DNA of 64,000 bases from a virus (Duplodnaviria > Caudoviricetes), in IMG/VR virus record IMGVR_UViG_3300032038_000041, positions 1 through 64,000 of that record; one strand, written 5' to 3'. The position numbers were made by a program, and so were the translations under genes. Shown in pieces: positions 38,412 to 50,082 of the stretch. How positions within the stretch are numbered: position 1 is the first letter of the stretch; each line of letters starts with the position of its first letter. The notes beneath the pieces are model-generated. The model searched no databases, was not told where the DNA came from, and saw only the letters and a program-made list of their open reading frames with translations.

Positions 38412-38531
38412 AAAGAGATGGAGAAGAACAAACCTTCTCTTTCTCTTATTTTGCTTTTAAGAGAGGTTTTTACCCTTATATATGGTGGGGATATAGTGTC
38501 CCCAAGGAATAATAAAATATTAAATTATAAA

Positions 38532-40906
38532 ATGATAAAGAATAATATTAATAATCAAGAAATTAGTGATGATGAAATAAGATTTTTACCACCACGTGAT
38601 GCATGTAGGCTTCGTCCATCGATGTATATTGGAAATACAGGTGGAGAGTATGGAGCATCAACGATTTTCCGTGAAATTCTAGATAATTCTATGGATGTTA
38701 TTTCGGAAGGTTATGGTGATACTATCTTAGCCAGTGTAAATTTTAATGGTTTTTGTTTTGTGGCTGATAATGGAAAGGGTTTACCTATTACTATGTCAGT
38801 TGATAGACCAGATATTACAGCGGCTGAACTTAGTATTTCAGAGTTTCACAGTGGTAGTAAATTTAAAGGTACGGAGAACTTAGCACGTATTGGTATTAAT
38901 GGTGTTGGTTCTAGTGCAACTAATTTTGTTTCAAAAGAGTACTGGATTCTTAGTAGGATTACACAGGACAATTATGATAAGTCTATTCCAGCAGTAAAAG
39001 AATGTTGGGAGAAGGCTGGTCCGAGAAGTAAAAAAGATTTATTTTATGTCTTATCAATGAAAGAAGGACTAAAGGCAGATGAAGGTGCTGGAAAATTAAG
39101 AGATATTGAGAAGAAGATTTTTAAAGGTCTTAAACAGTATGTCTCAATTCCAGGAGGTCAAAGTACTATAGTTCTTTTTAAGCCTGATCCTGCTATTTTT
39201 GAAGATCCAAGAGCAGAAATGCCGGTAACCAACTTACAATACTTTCTTCTTATTCAAGAGAAGTTTTATAAGAGGCAGGTTAATGTTATAGTAGATGGAG
39301 TTTCGCTTAGGAGTACATTTAGTCCTTATAAGTTTGAAATTACAAAGACTATTATTCCAGCTAATACTTCTTATAACAAGCAGGTTGGTGTATATATAAC
39401 TTTTGAAGCAGACGATAAGTTACAGAATGCCGGATCTTTTGGTAGTGTTAACGGTCTTAGTTGTAATGAAGGTGCTCATATAAATTTATTTAAGAATTTA
39501 TATAAATCGGCTCTTCGTGATCAGTATAAGATTAAACATGATTGTCTTTTGAATGGTCTTAGGTTTTGTATAATTATTCTGGCTAATGAGTGTCAGTTTA
39601 ATTCTCAGACAAAGGAAAATCTAAAACAGATAACAAAAGTCAAACCAACAGATTTTGCACCTGTAGTAAAAGAGATTGAGAAAATCTTTAAGAAGAATCC
39701 TGAGTATTGGGACCTTCATGTTCAGAAACTAGATCAATTAGCAGAGAGCATGAAGAGTATTGGTGCTGCTGATAAAGCACAAAAGATGATGGATTCTAGT
39801 AGTGGTGTTAATCAATATAGAAACAAGGCTGATCTTCCAAAAGGATTTGCAGACGCCACAAGTAAAGATCGATGGAATTGTGAGCTCTTCCTATGTGAAG
39901 GATTATCAGCTGCGGGGTCTCTTGTTACAGGGAGAAAAGATACTAAGACTCATGCAGTAAGCGGTTTAAGAGGGAAAATATTAAACGTAACTGATAAGAG
40001 TGTTGATAGGGCTCTTGAATCAAAGGTAATTAATGATATTTTTAATATTATTGGATTAGGTCTTGATGTAAACTGGGTTGGAAAAGATGCAAAGACCTAT
40101 GAAGAAGCACAAGCAATAATAGAGAAACGTAGTAGATACGGAAAGATTGTTATTGCGACGGATTAGAATTATCTGAGTCCGTGAGATTTAGAAATAATTC
40201 TCAAAGAATCGTATTACAGCGGGGAACTCCTGTTAGGTAAAAGGTACTAGGAATAGTAACAATCCTTTTAATAGGGACAATCCGCGATATTAAATAAAAT
40301 ACATAATTTAATACCTCAACGACTATCCCGAAAGGGAGTAGGGTAAGCAAGTCTATAATGGCTACTCGAAAGATACGACATCTGAACAGGTTATGCTGAA
40401 GATGAAAATATAGTCTGATCTGCATAGAGATATGTAGGAGTTCATAAGAGAACCAGGAATTAGTGACGCAATTCTTGAACAAAATGGCTGATCCTGATGG
40501 TGATGCAATTTTTAATGAGATTGTATACTTATTCAGTAAATTCGCACGCTTCTTATTAGATCATCATATGGTATATCGTGCTATGTCTCCTTTGTTTAGA
40601 GGCATTAGTAAAACAACGGGTCAACTTACATATTATTACCCAGATGATACGTTTGATTCCTTCGGTATGCCGATTGATCTAGACACTAAACATCATTTTG
40701 ATCGCTGGAAAGGATTAGGTAGCCTAACGCCCGAAACAGGCGAGGTATATGATTCCTTTTACAATCCCCTTACTAGGCGGTTAGTTTTAGTTACACCGGA
40801 TGGGATTGATTATTCCAGAGGTCTTAATGAAAATATTGAAAATAGAAAGAAATTACTTTTTGATAAAGGAATTCTTAGCAATCCTTATAACTTTACAGAT
40901 TTATAA
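38532..40906 (+). CDS. Type IIA topoisomerase B subunit, spliced (38532-40163 + 40487-40906, 683 aa)
   Basis: RPSMYIG, EILDNS, DNGKG, GINGVG, EGLSA, LRGKILN; splice restores TOPRIM IATD|ADPDG; RWKGLG. Confidence 0.9.
40164..40486 (+). ncRNA. Group I intron in topoisomerase B gene
   Basis: P1 ACGGAT/GTCCGT with U.G; P7 AACGACTATC and AATATAGTCTG; terminal G. Confidence 0.9.
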
Positions 40907-40909
40907 AAA

Positions 40910-42253
40910 ATGGCAAGAAGAAAAAAAGAACAGCAGGTAGTAACGTCATCTACTCCTAGACAGTTAGAGATATTACCGATTGGAAAGGCGACTGAGGATG
41001 CTATCTTAAATGCAGCATCTTACATAGATAATCAGCGTGTTTTAGCTAATGTAGTTGATGGATGTAAACCTTCTTATAGACGTCTCATTTGGTCTTCACT
41101 TCAATTTCCGAAAGGAGTGATGCAACCAAGTGTAGAGATAATTAACAAGATGGCTTCGTATCATCCTCATTCATTAGATAGTATGAAGTTTCTTCAAGCA
41201 GCTATGGTAAGGACTGGTATATTTCAGGGTAGTGGTTCTTTCGGTACAACTTCAATTCTTGGAGATGTAAAAGAGCCTGCTGCTCCTAGATACACTAAAA
41301 CGCGCCTTAGTGATTTATATTATGAATTAATAAGTCCACTATTGCAATGTGTTGATAAAGTAGAAAGTCCAGTTGGTGCAGAGGAAATTAAGTATGTTCC
41401 AACAGTATTTCCAATGTGTTTAACATTTAGGAGTTTGGTATCAGGTATTGGTTATGGAATTAGTACTATTTATCCAAATTTCAGTTCAGAGTCTTTGTTC
41501 AAAGCATATATAAACAATAATCCTTTATTACTAGAGCCCAATGTAAATCTTTTTATTGATAAGAAGAATTCAGAATTAAAACAGCTATGGGAAACTGGAA
41601 AAGGTCGTGTGATTTATTCTTATAAGCTCAGTCCTTACACGAACGAGGATGGTAAGCAAGGATTTTTGTTTGAAGGAGATACTAGTATTTTCACGCCAAA
41701 CTTTAGAAAAATAAATAAGTATGTTGAGATGGGTCAGGTATTTATTGATGACTTAACAACAGCATCAGGTCCTGCAGCATTCGTTGGATTAGTAAATAAT
41801 CGAGGAATCTCATTAAAGGAATTAGAAAAACTTTGTAGGCAGTGTTGTTATGATGCAACTGTATATCAGCTTAATGTAACTGATGGTTCTACATGTTTTA
41901 GAATTCCTCTTAAGGATTGGTTAGATTATACTTATAAAAATTATATTCAGTTATTAATTAATGTAAATAAGAAACGACTTGAAAAAGTTCAATTTGATCT
42001 CTTAGTTCAAGAAGCATTACCATATATTGCTGATTATATCTTAATTAAAAATCCAAAAGCTACAGATGATCAGATTATGAAGGCATTAAATTTAAGTCGA
42101 GAGGTTGTAGAAGCTGTAATGTCTAAGCCAATTTCCTACTTAAGAAAAAATAAAGATACCTCTGATCGTGTAAAAGCATTAAAAGATAAGTTAAAAGAAT
42201 TAAAGAAGTTTGATCCTGTTAAATATACAGAAGAAATTATTAAAAAATTATAA
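40910..42253 (+). CDS. Type IIA topoisomerase A subunit, lacking a gyrase CTD
   Basis: DGCKPSYRR, YHPH, GSFG, PAAPRYT, GIGYG. Confidence 0.9.
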   Translation: MARRKKEQQVVTSSTPRQLEILPIGKATEDAILNAASYIDNQRVLANVVDGCKPSYRRLIWSSLQFPKGVMQPSVEIINKMASYHPHSLDSMKFLQAAMVRTGIFQGSGSFGTTSILGDVKEPAAPRYTKTRLSDLYYELISPLLQCVDKVESPVGAEEIKYVPTVFPMCLTFRSLVSGIGYGISTIYPNFSSESLFKAYINNNPLLLEPNVNLFIDKKNSELKQLWETGKGRVIYSYKLSPYTNEDGKQGFLFEGDTSIFTPNFRKINKYVEMGQVFIDDLTTASGPAAFVGLVNNRGISLKELEKLCRQCCYDATVYQLNVTDGSTCFRIPLKDWLDYTYKNYIQLLINVNKKRLEKVQFDLLVQEALPYIADYILIKNPKATDDQIMKALNLSREVVEAVMSKPISYLRKNKDTSDRVKALKDKLKELKKFDPVKYTEEIIKKL

Positions 42254-42256
42254 ACA

Positions 42257-42502
42257 ATGAAGCAGAAATATATCGTAGTAGATGATGAGAGTAATGAATC
42301 ATTTCCTATCGATTGGACAAAATTACCAGAGGATATTATAGATGATATTCCTGGTAAATGTCTTTATAATGTATTGTCGTGTAAGTCAGATGGAAGTATT
42401 ATAGAGAGAACTGTTATATTCTTACGTCCTGTAGGAAAGTTTTCAAGAGGTACAAAAAAATATGACTTAGGAGATATTGTTATAGGTTATGATATACTAT
42501 GA
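42257..42502 (+). CDS. Hypothetical protein
   Basis: 81 aa in operon. Confidence 0.55.
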   Translation: MKQKYIVVDDESNESFPIDWTKLPEDIIDDIPGKCLYNVLSCKSDGSIIERTVIFLRPVGKFSRGTKKYDLGDIVIGYDIL

Positions 42503-43034
42503 ATCTGATTTAGCTCCAGTAATAGAGAGCATTTATCTAGAAGAGCCTTTAGATTCAAGGTTAGGGTCATGTAATATCTTAGTTAATCCAAGAAATATTA
42601 ATTATATATTTGGAAAGACTATAATAATTAATGACCCTGACTATGAATTAGTATGGGCATTAAAATTAATAGAGCAAGGATGTAAAGTTATCTCTCGTAT
42701 ACAGGTTGGTGTTGAGGGTATTGATTTCCAGCCGTATATTATGAGGGTTAATTTTAATATCATGTGGAATGGTGAGATTATTGATTTGGAGAATGAGAAA
42801 GTTCACATGAAAGAAGTTCTTAGTTTACTTTCCTCCGACAATGATCAAAAATTCAAATATGACATAGAGAAAAGATGTTTATATTTTCCAAAGATCTCAT
42901 TAAAAACTGGTTGTAAAGATCATTTTGGTAACTTAACTGCTTTAGGTTGGGCATTACATCAAGTTGGAGAGAATCAAGGAAATTTTGAAAAGTTTGAAAA
43001 TCTTGACTTAATTAAGACAAAAAAATGTTTTTAA
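42489..43034 (+). CDS. Hypothetical protein
   Basis: 181 aa in operon. Confidence 0.6.
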   Translation: MIYYESDLAPVIESIYLEEPLDSRLGSCNILVNPRNINYIFGKTIIINDPDYELVWALKLIEQGCKVISRIQVGVEGIDFQPYIMRVNFNIMWNGEIIDLENEKVHMKEVLSLLSSDNDQKFKYDIEKRCLYFPKISLKTGCKDHFGNLTALGWALHQVGENQGNFEKFENLDLIKTKKCF

Positions 43035-43157
43035 TTGTATAAAATGCGTATTTGAAGCCTTGAGATTCTTATACATGTGAGGGAATAAATTTCCCTATCA
43101 CAAATTGAAAATAAATTTGAAATTAAAGAATAATAGTTATTTAAAGAAATTAATTTT

Positions 43158-44438
43158 ATGAGTTACGCAAATGTAAATGATTTTGTAGCACGCCTTGAAC
43201 AGAATATTCCAGGTTCAAACAAGAATTTTGAAAAGCAAAGAAGATTAGAAAAAATTTATTTAAATGTACCGGCTAATTTTGGTCGTTATCAAGTATTGCC
43301 ATTGCCTTCACTCATTACAGGCTTTCCTTATGTAGAGCTCCCGAATACTCGAGAGATTAATCTACCACGAAAGAATGTGAAGCCTGATGGTACTGAAACA
43401 ATATATAGTGCTTGGATTAAGATTCTTCCTATGAGTGCTTATACTGTACGTGATGAGAGTGGTCGTGAAGTTAGTAGTCTTACTGCTAATGATGAGAAGC
43501 TTCTTCAGCAGGCATATAGTATTCATGAAGAACTTTGGAAGGAACTTGATGCTAAGAATAATGCAATGGACCCTACGATTGGAAAGTTGATTCGTAAGAA
43601 GAATTATACACTGTTCCATGCACATTGTGTTAATCGTTGGGCACTTGATAATATGAGAAGTCCTGAACGTCAGAATTTTGATGCATTGTTTGTCATTACT
43701 TCTAAGAAGTTTCAGGAGGCTCTTAAGAACGATATTAGTCAATTTGGAATGTTGAATGGACTAGGAGATGATTGGTTGAATCAAGTATATAATCGTGATC
43801 TTACAGGTCGTCAGGGATTCTTGATGTTTACTGTACAGCGCGATCCTACTCGTCCTGGTTTCTCATTCACTGCAAATCATGCTGTTGGTAAGGGAGATTA
43901 TTTGAAGACTGTAGAGATTAAGCAAGAGGATATGGACCTTATGAGTGATCCTATTGAAACCTTCCTTGGTTGGCAGTGTGGTAAGAATGCAGAAGATGTT
44001 CCTGTTGGTCAGAAGAGACTGTTTAATGAAAATCTCATTACTCAGGCAATTAACTTCATGACTCAGCAACTTGCAAAGATTCGAATGGCTAAGCAGAGTG
44101 GTGGAGACATTGCTGCTGCTATTGCTGCGACAAATGAAGAGGCATTGAAAGCTCAGGCACCTACCAATACTATGGGTCAAACAACTAATGATCCTATGCT
44201 AGCTGAAATGGCTAATAAAGCAGCAGAAGCTAGTATGAATCAGAATGTAGCAGTTAATCCACAGACGATTGCTGAAAGGAATACTGATCCTTTTGCAACT
44301 CCGCCAGCTGCACATATTGACCCTATTACTGGATCTCCTGTAGGTAGTGGTTTTGGTAGTCAGCAGAGTGCACCATTCTCAACCCCAAGTTTTGCTAATC
44401 CTGGGTTTGGTAGTGGAAACAACGATCTTCCGTTTTAA
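43158..44438 (+). CDS. Probable single-stranded DNA-binding protein
   Basis: Disordered C-terminal tail ending NNDLPF (SSB-type); replication context. Confidence 0.5.
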   Translation: MSYANVNDFVARLEQNIPGSNKNFEKQRRLEKIYLNVPANFGRYQVLPLPSLITGFPYVELPNTREINLPRKNVKPDGTETIYSAWIKILPMSAYTVRDESGREVSSLTANDEKLLQQAYSIHEELWKELDAKNNAMDPTIGKLIRKKNYTLFHAHCVNRWALDNMRSPERQNFDALFVITSKKFQEALKNDISQFGMLNGLGDDWLNQVYNRDLTGRQGFLMFTVQRDPTRPGFSFTANHAVGKGDYLKTVEIKQEDMDLMSDPIETFLGWQCGKNAEDVPVGQKRLFNENLITQAINFMTQQLAKIRMAKQSGGDIAAAIAATNEEALKAQAPTNTMGQTTNDPMLAEMANKAAEASMNQNVAVNPQTIAERNTDPFATPPAAHIDPITGSPVGSGFGSQQSAPFSTPSFANPGFGSGNNDLPF

Positions 44439-44515
44439 GGGATAACTATAAAAAGGTAGGGGAGTAATATCTTCTACCTTAAATTTTACTTTTAAATATA
44501 TTAATAAATTAAAAC

Positions 44516-45541
44516 ATGTTAGCAAATAAATATGGTATGGCATTTGTAGATCATTCTTTTCTATTGACAAGAAATCTATGGATGGCAACTAAAGATAAAG
44601 AGATAAGTGAAATGAATCCTGGAGATGTAGTGCGAATTACACTGCAGACTCTTAGAAAACTAGGTCGTGACTGGGGAATTACTTGTGATAAGATAATTCT
44701 AATTGCTGATCAATGGAGTAGGGAGTATGGTGGTTATTACACAAATTACTTAACCAGTGCTTTTGGTGGTGCCTATAAAGGAAGTAGAAAATGGATTACT
44801 GAGCAAGTTCTAGAGGATATGAAGTCAGATCCTAATGTAACTGAAGAGGAAGTAAAAGCAGCTGAAAGAGAGTTGGCAATAAATAAAGTCAAATTCGAAG
44901 CTAAAAGAATCATGAAGGAGGAATTTTCAAAAATTGGAGTTTACTACTATGGTTTTGATGGTTATGAATTTGATCAAATTGCAACGCTAGCTGCATTTCA
45001 GAGATATAGTGTAGTTAATAAGCCTGATATTATAGTTACAAAGGATACAGACCTTACATTCTCAGTGACACCTGCATGTCCATTTTTCTCATTACCTACT
45101 AAAGGTCAAGAACCAAAAGTAATTACATATGATGAAATGTATGCAACAATTCCAGATTCTTTAAAGGCTAAAGGTTTATCATTATATCAATATAATGCAT
45201 ACCTTAATTCTCTTGGTAAATCCCATAACGATATGTCAAGAAGTCTTAAGCCTGGTATTGATACTACAACAGCAATACTTCATATAATGGATGGAGATTA
45301 CTCTGATTTGGATAATGTGGATCTATTCTTAGCCCAGATGAAGAGTTATGATTTATCTTGTTACCCTCATCTAAGAGAAGTTCAACAAGCAATAGCTATG
45401 GATTTTGGAACTAAGGGAAAATTGGCAAATCTTGATGAGTTTCATGATTTTTGTATGAAGAATAAAGTTAGCGGAATTAGTGATAGATATTTTTCTGATT
45501 TTACTAATTCTTTTGATCCACGTTTATTTAGTAAAGGATGA
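44516..45541 (+). CDS. 5'-3' exonuclease / flap endonuclease (T4 RNase H-like)
   Basis: FVDHS, YKGSR, GYEFDQ, IVTKDTDL. Confidence 0.75.
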   Translation: MLANKYGMAFVDHSFLLTRNLWMATKDKEISEMNPGDVVRITLQTLRKLGRDWGITCDKIILIADQWSREYGGYYTNYLTSAFGGAYKGSRKWITEQVLEDMKSDPNVTEEEVKAAERELAINKVKFEAKRIMKEEFSKIGVYYYGFDGYEFDQIATLAAFQRYSVVNKPDIIVTKDTDLTFSVTPACPFFSLPTKGQEPKVITYDEMYATIPDSLKAKGLSLYQYNAYLNSLGKSHNDMSRSLKPGIDTTTAILHIMDGDYSDLDNVDLFLAQMKSYDLSCYPHLREVQQAIAMDFGTKGKLANLDEFHDFCMKNKVSGISDRYFSDFTNSFDPRLFSKG

Positions 45542-45768
45542 TTGAGATTATTACAATAAAAGGGGAAAAGTGGTCTTTTGATGAGGATACAAAGAGGTTA
45601 TATAGAGAAAATACTCTAGTACCTGAAGGAGAAGCAGAACCAGTATATTCATACTTGGATAAAAGTCTTCCACCTGAATTTTGTGGTATTTATGTAAAGA
45701 GTATTAATTCTATAATTTCTATGTCTGGAAATATCAATAAGATTACTAATGCAGATTCTATTGATTAA
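45538..45768 (+). CDS. Hypothetical protein
   Basis: 76 aa, coupled to upstream gene. Confidence 0.55.
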   Translation: MIEIITIKGEKWSFDEDTKRLYRENTLVPEGEAEPVYSYLDKSLPPEFCGIYVKSINSIISMSGNINKITNADSID

Positions 45769-45774
45769 AAGAAT

Positions 45775-46293
45775 ATGGCAGGAAGTATTTTAAAAGGTAT
45801 CTTCAATAAGCAATATACTATTGGAGAACTTATGAATATTGATTCGGCTAGACAAGGTAGGGCATCTGTATGTCAGGTTAAACTTATAAAAACATATCAT
45901 GAAGTTAAAAGAGAAAATTTATTAGATAAATTTAAGTCTCTTTTTACTGGAAAGTCTTCAGTTATAACTTACTTTATTATTTTTAAGTTTCAAGTTACTT
46001 CTGGATCTGGACATAGTTATAATGTCTTTATAAGAACAAATCCTGATTTTTCATTAAAAAATTGGGCCTCTAATACAGTGAAAATTTATTGTGAGTGTGC
46101 AGATTTTAAATATAGGTCTGCATATACTCTCGATAAAAGAAATTCATTGTTTAAGACCCCAAAAATACAGAGTGCACTAGGTTCAGCACTTTCTGATGCA
46201 CCAACACGAGGTACTACATTACTTTGTAAACATTCCTATGCGGCGCTTCAGTGGTTGATGAATAACTGGTCAAGTATAATGAAAACTATTTAA
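45775..46293 (+). CDS. SWIM-type zinc finger protein
   Basis: CECADF...LCKH. Confidence 0.65.
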   Translation: MAGSILKGIFNKQYTIGELMNIDSARQGRASVCQVKLIKTYHEVKRENLLDKFKSLFTGKSSVITYFIIFKFQVTSGSGHSYNVFIRTNPDFSLKNWASNTVKIYCECADFKYRSAYTLDKRNSLFKTPKIQSALGSALSDAPTRGTTLLCKHSYAALQWLMNNWSSIMKTI

Positions 46294-46295
46294 TA

Positions 46296-49058
46296 ATGAG
46301 TAAAATTTTAGCGGTAGCAGATATACATATACATGATTATCCTCAACGAAATCCTAGTGAGAAATTTAGACTATATCAAACGAGGACTGTAGCTCAGAAT
46401 ATTATTGAGGCTGGACAAAGAGAAGGTTGTAATATTATTGTTATAGCTGGTGATATTATTGAAAAAAGTATTATCAGACCATATGTTCAGGCTGAGGTAA
46501 AATTATTCTTAGACACAATAATGCAATATTTTCAATATGGTTACATTATATGGGGAAACCATGATATTGACACTAAGGGAAGTGATCAAGTTTTTAATGA
46601 TTGCTGTCTTTCTGTAATGTTGCCTAGTAATTTATATTATGCTGATAAACAGGAAGTCGTAATTGATGGAACTAGGATTGCATTTTCTAATTGGCGACCA
46701 GAATTTGATTTATCTTGGATTAATGGGAAAGCAGATGTATTATTTACTCATGCTACAATTTCATATTCACAAGATGATCTTTGTGCAAGTCAAAAGTTAG
46801 ATGAAAGCAAGTTTGATCTCGCCATTTGTGGTGATATTCATAAAGCAGCTGCAACCGGAAAATATGTAAGTATAGGTATTCCACAACGTTGTAAGATGGG
46901 GGATTCTGAAAATCAGACTGGTATAGTTTTTGATTGTCAGACAAAAGCTTACAAGTGGACTAATCTTAATCCTAAGAATAATCTTATGCAGTTTCAATAT
47001 ACTGTAGAAAGAGAGAAAGAGGGGTGGGATAGTAACACTGGAATATGGAGTGTCTATAAACCGGCAACTCTTGGTCTTGGATTAGATCAAAAAGATGTAA
47101 AAGTACCTGCTTGGGAAGAAATTGATAATTTAATTAATGGAATTATTGTAGCAAATAATCTTCAGAGGGTACATGGTGAGGTATTACAGAATCTTAAAGA
47201 TGTTGATGCAAAAGAAGTAGATTTTAACTTTACTCTTACTAGATTCTATTGCAAGAATTGGAGAAGTATTGATGAAGTTGAATTATTCTTTAATGCAGGG
47301 GATAGAATTCTAATAACTGGTCAGAATGGATCAGGTAAAAGTAGTCTTCTTAGTGCAATAAAATATGCATTCTTAGATAATCGAAGTATAAAAGATTTTA
47401 TTCAGTTCGGATCTAAAGAATGTTTGGCAGAGGTAGAATTTATCTACCAAGGAATCGGATATAAGATTCAACGAGGTTCTAAGAAGTATGGATTCTGGAT
47501 TGCAGGAGAGTTGCAAAAATATAACAATAAATCAGAATTTGAAAAAGATATGCATATCAGATTCCCGTTTATTGATTATATGGATGTATATTTCTTTGAT
47601 TCTGATCATCATAAACTCATTGGAGGTATTAGTCCTGAAAGAAAATCTGAAATTATCAGTAAGTTTTTTAAGATGGATAAAATTGATGCATTCAATGAAC
47701 AAGCAGAAGTATTACTTGAGCAAAGACGAGTTAAAGGACTTAAGTGGACAGAGGAACGAGATAGGGAATCTAAGTTAATTACATATATTGATTCAAAATT
47801 AGCTTTAATTCAAATTCCTCAAACTCCTCAAAATGTTCTCTTAGATCAAAAACGTCAAGGTTTAGAGATGCAACAAAAGTGGATTGCTTATAATAATTTT
47901 ATGACCAAAACTGCTAACCTTCAAGCTAGTAAAAAGACTCAAGAAGATAGGATAGTAGAATTAGAAACAAAAATAAAAGAATTTAGAGATCCTAAGCTGA
48001 TTCAATCAGAGAAGCAGGAACGAGAGTCTTATATATCTCAAATATCACAAAAGTTTCAGGAACTTAGTGACATTAAAATGGAAGGAAAGCGATTATTCTA
48101 TGACAGAGAAGACTTAAATAAAAAGAAAATTTGTCCTAGCTGTGGACAGCCGATTAAGAACTCAGAGTCATTAGAACAACATAAAGCTGAATTAGATAAA
48201 AGAATTTCAGAACTCCTTATTCAACAGGATAATATATATAAGTATTTTTCTAAACTTGGATTAGGAAGAGAGATTATTGATTCTAAGGGTGGCTTTGCTG
48301 GAATCGTCAGTGGATATAATCAAGAAATTGCTTCTAGAATAGCAGAATTGGATGGACAAAGAAGGACCTATCAAGAATTAGAACAGGCAAAGAAAAATTT
48401 ATCATTCGTTAAGTCTCAAATTGATTCTATAGGTGAAGAACCTGAGAAAATAGAACTACCTGATAATTTTATGGAAGTTATGGGTAAAATTGAGGCAGAT
48501 CTCAGTATATGGAATGAATATAATTCCCTATGTAAGGATAAATTAGATGCTGAGAGTAAAATGAAAAATTGTGAGAAAGAGTTGATATCACTTCAGAATG
48601 AAATAACTGATATTAGTGATTATATTAAGCTTACTGGAACAACAGGAAAGATTTATGAGGAAATTATGAATCGTCTTGCTAATCAGTTTACAGATAATCA
48701 AGTTAAATATGAAGTTATGGTATATAAGTTTAGAAATAAAGATCATCTTGACTTAGCATCATACTTTATAAATAATGGTAATCAGGTTGGATATCAAGCT
48801 TGCAGTTCTGGTCAACAAACAGTATTAGACATCAATTTCTTATCAAAGATTGTTACTGGTATGGGACTTCTAGTAATGGATGAATTCCTGAAACATCTAG
48901 ATCCTCTTAATCATGATATGTGCATTGATGCAGTTAGTCAGATGAATATTGGATGTGTAATGTTAAGTAGTCATATGGAGTCTATTGCAGCATTTAACAA
49001 TAAATCAATAAAGATGGAACTAAATGAGTCTGGAATAACTAAATTAACTTGTGAATAA
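46296..49058 (+). CDS. Fused SbcD/Mre11 nuclease - SbcC/Rad50 ATPase
   Basis: ADIHIH, IAGD, GNHD, GDIH; GQNGSGKSS, CPSC zinc hook, SSGQ, LVMDE, SSH. Confidence 0.9.
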   Translation: MSKILAVADIHIHDYPQRNPSEKFRLYQTRTVAQNIIEAGQREGCNIIVIAGDIIEKSIIRPYVQAEVKLFLDTIMQYFQYGYIIWGNHDIDTKGSDQVFNDCCLSVMLPSNLYYADKQEVVIDGTRIAFSNWRPEFDLSWINGKADVLFTHATISYSQDDLCASQKLDESKFDLAICGDIHKAAATGKYVSIGIPQRCKMGDSENQTGIVFDCQTKAYKWTNLNPKNNLMQFQYTVEREKEGWDSNTGIWSVYKPATLGLGLDQKDVKVPAWEEIDNLINGIIVANNLQRVHGEVLQNLKDVDAKEVDFNFTLTRFYCKNWRSIDEVELFFNAGDRILITGQNGSGKSSLLSAIKYAFLDNRSIKDFIQFGSKECLAEVEFIYQGIGYKIQRGSKKYGFWIAGELQKYNNKSEFEKDMHIRFPFIDYMDVYFFDSDHHKLIGGISPERKSEIISKFFKMDKIDAFNEQAEVLLEQRRVKGLKWTEERDRESKLITYIDSKLALIQIPQTPQNVLLDQKRQGLEMQQKWIAYNNFMTKTANLQASKKTQEDRIVELETKIKEFRDPKLIQSEKQERESYISQISQKFQELSDIKMEGKRLFYDREDLNKKKICPSCGQPIKNSESLEQHKAELDKRISELLIQQDNIYKYFSKLGLGREIIDSKGGFAGIVSGYNQEIASRIAELDGQRRTYQELEQAKKNLSFVKSQIDSIGEEPEKIELPDNFMEVMGKIEADLSIWNEYNSLCKDKLDAESKMKNCEKELISLQNEITDISDYIKLTGTTGKIYEEIMNRLANQFTDNQVKYEVMVYKFRNKDHLDLASYFINNGNQVGYQACSSGQQTVLDINFLSKIVTGMGLLVMDEFLKHLDPLNHDMCIDAVSQMNIGCVMLSSHMESIAAFNNKSIKMELNESGITKLTCE

Positions 49059-49061
49059 ATT

Positions 49062-49709
49062 ATGGATAGTGTTAATGTTAGTACTATTGGGGATTTAACT
49101 AGTAGTACTCTATATATGGATTCAAATAGTATTGATTGGAGTAAAGAAGCAGTAGCATCAGATTATTATAATACTATAAGTAGTCCTATTACGGCGTATT
49201 CGTATTTCACTCCGAGGAAGATTAATGAAGAGGCATTGAAAGAGGAATATTTTGAAAAGGATGATACTGATATAAAAGATACTACTGGTTGGAGAATTTT
49301 AAGTATAAGTGATAATTTTATTCCTGGTGCCGAATTCTGTTTCTCCTTTAAAACTATTGAAGAGGCTTGGCCCATCAGTTTTAGAGTTATGCTAAAAGGA
49401 TGTGGCAATGTGATATTAGTGATGGTTGATCAGGATTGCCCAGATTATTATATATCGGCTCCTGAAGACATAATGAGATTTGTAGATAAAGTTCTACAGA
49501 AAGAAGATGATATTAAAGTTGACGATTCTTTACTTGATCTAATTAATTCTATTCAAGGAATTTCTACAATAGATGATATTCCTAAGAATATAAATATAAC
49601 ACACACTGTTTCAAACAATGTTCTTTATGATGCTGATACAGCAATTACTGCAACTAATTGTGGAAACGCTTTAACAATAAAAGCAAATGCTACCTCTTGT
49701 ATATGTTGA
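49062..49709 (+). CDS. Hypothetical protein
   Basis: 215 aa in operon. Confidence 0.6.
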   Translation: MDSVNVSTIGDLTSSTLYMDSNSIDWSKEAVASDYYNTISSPITAYSYFTPRKINEEALKEEYFEKDDTDIKDTTGWRILSISDNFIPGAEFCFSFKTIEEAWPISFRVMLKGCGNVILVMVDQDCPDYYISAPEDIMRFVDKVLQKEDDIKVDDSLLDLINSIQGISTIDDIPKNINITHTVSNNVLYDADTAITATNCGNALTIKANATSCIC

Positions 49710-50082
49710 TTGTCAATTTGCTAAAGTAGCAAGTAAGACAAGTTTCTTTAAAGAAAGCCTAAAGGAGTCTAGACAGGTTAAAGAATTATATCAAACTTCA
49801 AAGCTCCTATTAGGTCTTTCTTCGGACCGAGTTGAAATAAATGTTTGTAAAGATCAAAGATTTTATAGATTTGATTTTATGAGTCAAGATGCATCTAAGT
49901 CTATTATAGGATGGATGTTTTATATTCCAGATCAGAGGCGTCTTGATATATATAATTCGACTGACCCTAATTTTCCATTAATACAGGCAGTTGGAAAAAA
50001 AGTTGTATTTAAAAACTATTCAATATTTTTAGATAGACTTGGATTTGATAATTTATTTAAAAGGTTATTTGGTATTTTATGA
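49687..50082 (+). CDS. Hypothetical protein
   Basis: 131 aa in operon. Confidence 0.6.
   Translation: MLPLVYVDCQFAKVASKTSFFKESLKESRQVKELYQTSKLLLGLSSDRVEINVCKDQRFYRFDFMSQDASKSIIGWMFYIPDQRRLDIYNSTDPNFPLIQAVGKKVVFKNYSIFLDRLGFDNLFKRLFGIL

Noticed and set aside
38418-38531. N-terminal extension of topoisomerase B in the ORF track
   Set aside because: It overlaps a terminator hairpin and the promoter motif at about 38473; ATG 38532 fits better
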